Of a stretch of 64,000 nt of DNA, positions 59,513-64,000 are shown piece after piece. Positions within the stretch are counted from its first letter, which is position 1. Each line of letters opens with the position of its first letter. The stretch comes from Daphnia carinata (taxonomy: Eukaryota): the NCBI RefSeq assembly GCF_022539665.2, contig NC_081332.1, positions 7,440,001 through 7,504,000 of the forward strand. Reading direction: 5' to 3'. The notes below the pieces were generated by a model that was not told the DNA's origin, ran no database searches, and saw only the letters and a list, made by a program, of their open reading frames with translations. A program made the position numbers and the translations under genes.

Positions 59513-60017
59513 CTAAATCATTTGGGGATTAAGCAATCCTGGTTTTGAACAACACCAGAAGAAGACGATCAGGAAACTCAAGTAATACCAAAAGCGCTGC
59601 TAGGAAGGGCTAAGCGATATATTGCATAGATCAAATGAAAGATGGTTGCTCACGTACGCAGTGACACGAAACGGCTCGGCTTATCTTGAGCTATGACAAA
59701 GATATGATTGTAAGGTTGGAATACTCCGACGTGCGGTACTGGCATGAAGTGCATCAGGAACAGTAACGTATGCTAAACAACCTAAGCTACGCGCTCTAAG
59801 TTCCCGACATGGCATTCCTTACTAAATCGCCAATATGTTCCGGTATCTGACAGTTTTAGACCGCCAGATTGCTCTAGTAAATAGGCATCTACTAAATATA
59901 TTGGCGTTATCAAATACCGGGGCGTAATGGTGGTTTCGTATTGAACAGCGGCTATAGAACTTGCCATGCCGAGATCAAGTTCTGTACAAATCGTAACCAT
60001 TTTAATCGTTAAACAGT

Positions 60018-60063
60018 GACATCTAGCGGAGGGAAGTGAGGTAAGAGGAACGCCATCTAGTGG
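60018..60063. promoter_or_regulatory. Pair of CTCF-core-like motifs near unidentified decayed reading frames
   Basis: GACATCTAGCGG (60018-60029) and CGCCATCTAGTGG (60051-60063; reverse complement CCACTAGATGGCG). Confidence 0.35.
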
Positions 60064-62275
60064 TCAATACCACAGAATGTAATGAATTGAGTCACATGAC
60101 GTTTTGACAGTAAACAAAATAAGGATTTTTAAATCACGGTATAAACCTTTTTGTTTCATCATTTGTTTAGCACCAGTAAGTAGGGAAAATTCACTTTGAA
60201 TTTTGTAATTTTTTGCCAGGGTTTTGCTGAGTGAACTTGCAGTTCTGTAAAGTTATTCGAGATAACTGCAAATGGTAGTCCCAAAACCGGAAGAATTTTG
60301 TCTGTCATCTTTACTACGTGAACTTTAAAAGGCCTTGTTATACCAAAGGGCGCCAAATGGAGAAATTGGGCTTCATCAACGATTCAAGTAGTTGACATTT
60401 ACAACTAAATTGTTAATGTTTAAATTTGATTGTATTTTCTTATTCAGATTCATTGATTTTAACAGCCTGGTTGCAAACTTTTAGCCATAGCATTGCAATC
60501 AATGTATTTATAATCCAGTCTTCAACACTCACAAATGCCAATGTACACAGTTGTTTCTACGCTGAAACGTTTAATCTGACAATGATTTGGTCAATTTTTT
60601 TTTTTTTACTGGTTGACACTTCAATTTTTTAATGTTTGATGTAAGTACCAGTGTAGATGTATTCTCGTTAGAAGTAATCGTAATGTCCTAAATGTGCTCT
60701 TCTTTGGTGAAAATGGTATTGTACGAAGCTTATCAATTATTTTTTATTTATTCCGATTTAGCAACCACTTTTCGATACTTAAAAGCGAGGACCGAATGGC
60801 ACCTACACTTGGACTGGATCGGACGGTTATTTGGTCGAATGGCTAGCGGCAATATTAAACTTTACGTAGGTTGAACTTAATTTGTCTGCTTATTTGTTGT
60901 TTGTTATTCTAAAAAACTACCCTCTTTATTCCACAGGTATTCGTTCGTGCTAATTAATCAAACTATTGCGCATATGTACGGGACGCATGAGGGTTTGTTC
61001 TATCAACTCATAAATGATGAGGTAGCGGAAAATGGTTTATGCATTGATTTTCAGTAGATAACTTATGGGCATCATGTTTTTTTATTTTTAAATTCTGTAA
61101 GGGTATCGACGGCGTGGCGAACTCTTTCTACTTAACGCTGGTTCGTGTAGCAAGGATGGACTATACCTTCCTCTCCTGACATGGGGGGATGGATTTAGCC
61201 TTGTTGTGCCATGTATCAAGGAATAAGAAGAACACTTTGAGTCCGTCTACCATTGATTCAGAATTAAACAGCCAACCCAAACAAGTAAGCAATATTTCGC
61301 AGCAAAGAAGTCTTTTTACTTGATTTGGATTTCATATGTTCTATGTGATGAACATCATGACGAATCAAGGTGATAATCAAATTTTTTTTGCACTTAAGAA
61401 ATTTTGGTTTAATTCGAAGCATTGGTACTGGACTTGGATTCTTGACGTTTTTGATTGAACAGATTTATTCAAACTAGAAGAAGCACAGACATCGTAAGTT
61501 GGCGTTAATTAAAAAAACAATACTTCAGTTTGATGGTAAGCTTGATTAGTGGATAATTCATTAGTAACTTTTTTTACATTTTGAAAGTAAGCTTGAATGT
61601 AGGAGAAAAGTAGTGTTAGATAGTAGTGAAGCTTAGTTTCGTTTCTTGAAAATTTCGCCATCAACTGCAAGAATCGTCAATAGTAAACGTATAGTCAATC
61701 TTAACTAATAATTTAACAACTATTTTCCTGATTTTTTTTTTTTTAATACTAAGTTATTAACGGGTTTATTCCTGTTTAACATATAAAATTTTATCAAATT
61801 ATTTAAGTGTTTCAAGTGGTGACTTTAATAGCGGAAAATGCCCTAAAACATTTCCCCAACATCTTTGCGTCAAATTATATGTTAGCACCAAATACTAGCA
61901 TTTAACAGTTTCAAGCATCGAATAAAAATAAGTTTCAACTTTGTATCAGGAATTTCTACTGCAGACGGTCCCCCGAACCTTATTGTCACCTATTGGTACG
62001 ATATTCAGTTTTCTACATTGGGTTTCAGCGATCGTCCGGGGCTAGGGTAAGGTCTGTAGCAACTTACCCTTTTAATACTTCTAATGCCATAAGGTTCACT
62101 TGTAAAAGATATCAATTTTCGTAATCCTTGCTATTTATTTTGTCGGGCTTATTTTCAAGCCCTAACTTCTTTAACATCGGGAGCCGTTGAGTGAAATAGA
62201 ACTGGATACCTTACCAGTAGATGGCTATACTTTTTGATGGATCGTCTGACAGTATAAATTCATTGTTTACCACAT

Positions 62276-63064
62276 TGCAATAATCAATTCCTGTCACGTC
62301 TGACGCAACTGGGGTGATTACCACACACAACAATAAAACAATACTGACAACGGTCAGGTTAATATCTTAATCTAATATTCTGGTATTACACAGTTATCTT
62401 TGTTAGGATCCGCCAGCCAGTCACGTCGGCTGCACGGATATAAAAAGAACGCTACTTGGGAAAGTTAAGAAGGAGACAAGGTGTGGAGTACTTACGCGGA
62501 CGTCATGGCGCTGGAGAGAGCTGAAGGTACGGCGACGTCGGAAGGGGGTGGTGGTGGACTTGGGCAGAACGGGAAGTGGCGTCTCAGTTGAGGATGTTTG
62601 CAGGGCGATCAGAAGAACACGACAGTTGTAGGTGTTGAACTCAGTTTATTTCGAAGTACGTAAGAGGGTACACAAAACTCAAGCGTGGATTTAAATGTTA
62701 CACAAATAGAGTGCTACGGCACGACTAACTGGACAGCAGGTTGCAAGAATACTAAAAAAAAGGCACAGCTCAGGCGTTGGTTTTATACCGCGCTTTGGCT
62801 TGATGACGCCAACTTGGCGTGGAACGCTAAGTTTGCGTGGGGTCATCGCAACAGAGCCAGAATGTTACGCGAAACGTGAGGTCGACTGATTTATGTCCTG
62901 TCGTTGACCCCACGTCATGCGAAGAAAGGGTAATAAAAAACGAAACAAGAGGCGAAAGAGTCAAGTGGGGGAGAAGGGGGGGGGGGGGCAAACGCAACAT
63001 GAGAAATAGAACACATAATCTAACTAACTTATTTAACTTTAAAGTTTTATCGGGAGTTCTTACA
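62276..63064 (-). mobile_element. Solo LTR (789 bp) of the env-bearing Gypsy-2 family
   Basis: TGCAAT...CTTACA with the 4-bp TSD ACAT (62272-62275, 63065-63068), a minus-strand TATAAAA near 62781-62787, and homology to 38247-38785. Confidence 0.8.
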
Positions 63065-64000
63065 ACATGTAAGCTTGCAGCATTTTTGTTATGCTGGCAT
63101 GTAATCTAAATTTTGTAATTTTAGGTGATGGCATTCGCGTTACGTTTAAGTCAAGATCTACTCTACAATGGGATAAATTTTTCGTAGAATAAGTATCTCC
63201 GAGAGCTATGTGTTGCAGTATCATGCTGATGGTAAAAGGTGTATTCAATTTTTAATAACTTTTGAATTTTCTTCTCTGTATGTGCAGTGACGTGACAGTA
63301 CTGGTTGGTGGTGTTATCTAGGGATAAACCTTTCCATTTTCCCATCCAATCTGTAAGACAGCTCTGATTGTTTGCATAACTACAGCAATATTCCCTGCAT
63401 AACAAAGGGAATGTTCTCATTTTCTTTAGTGAACTGTTCCCTGTTCAGTTCTTATTGCCATTTTTGGCAATCGAAGAGGCCCAAGAAGAATATTGATTTT
63501 CTACCAGACTGCCATTCTGCCAAAGATGTCTTCGTAAGCGATTCGGTATTTGATTGATGGTTTAGAGATCATGGGTTTATTAAATAAAACATCTTTAATT
63601 ACAGAAAGGAAGGTTCCAAATGATAAGCCCATCAGTATCGTGAAAACGATATGGATATTTTGGTCCAACCCTCACACATGGTGTGTTCCAAGTTAAGTGC
63701 GTAGGTGAATTCTCATGGAAAATGTGATCCAAGCCTCCCATGTAACGGTATTTGTTTCATTTAAAGCGAAGCACAAAAATTGGTTCACATCTATTCTGTG
63801 GTCACATTTTACCTTGATCTTAATTTCTCTTTCATTCCAGTCTCCTTGATGACATTTTGCAGCTAACCGTAAAAGATGTCCAGCCATTATATTTCCCTGT
63901 TTAAGAATAGAAGACGAAAAGAGATGCTAAATTTTCAAAGAACGCTACTCAGACGACACGGCTAATTGCTGATTCATCCCGAACAGTAAAGAGTTTTATT

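Noticed and set aside
59720..61500. Divergent exon-like fragments around the CTCF-like motifs
   Set aside because: Interrupted by stops, with no recognisable family.
63100..63900. Minus-strand reading frames (85 and 64 aa)
   Set aside because: Possibly a decayed gene, but no motif supports a call.

Overview
A eukaryotic, transposon-dense window with no intact ordinary host gene. It is probably from an invertebrate; the 58-67 nt introns and element types suggest a crustacean such as Daphnia, which is an inference. It holds nested LTR retrotransposons: several decayed BEL/Pao remnants, one apparently intact BEL/Pao element (23681-29919, identical 299-bp LTRs, AGTCA TSD, 1762-aa ORF), three large Ty3/Gypsy elements, smaller Gypsy remnants and TSD-flanked solo LTRs. 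An intact, two-intron DD35E Tc1-type transposon sits inside a Gypsy LTR. The main result is that two distinct Gypsy elements each carry, after pol, homologous envelope-like glycoprotein genes whose motif layout resembles class III viral fusogens rather than the usual errantivirus F-type Env. The first element also has, between pol and env, a TATA-preceded decayed accessory ORF with a SUMO-interacting motif and a bipartite NLS, plus an intron-containing DUF4806/BEN-like gene. Other oddities are a vasa-like DEAD-box exon fragment, a spliced pseudogene with a MADS-like segment, and minus-strand orientation of every recognisable TE from about 23.7 kb onward. All family assignments come from reading motifs by eye; no searches were run.
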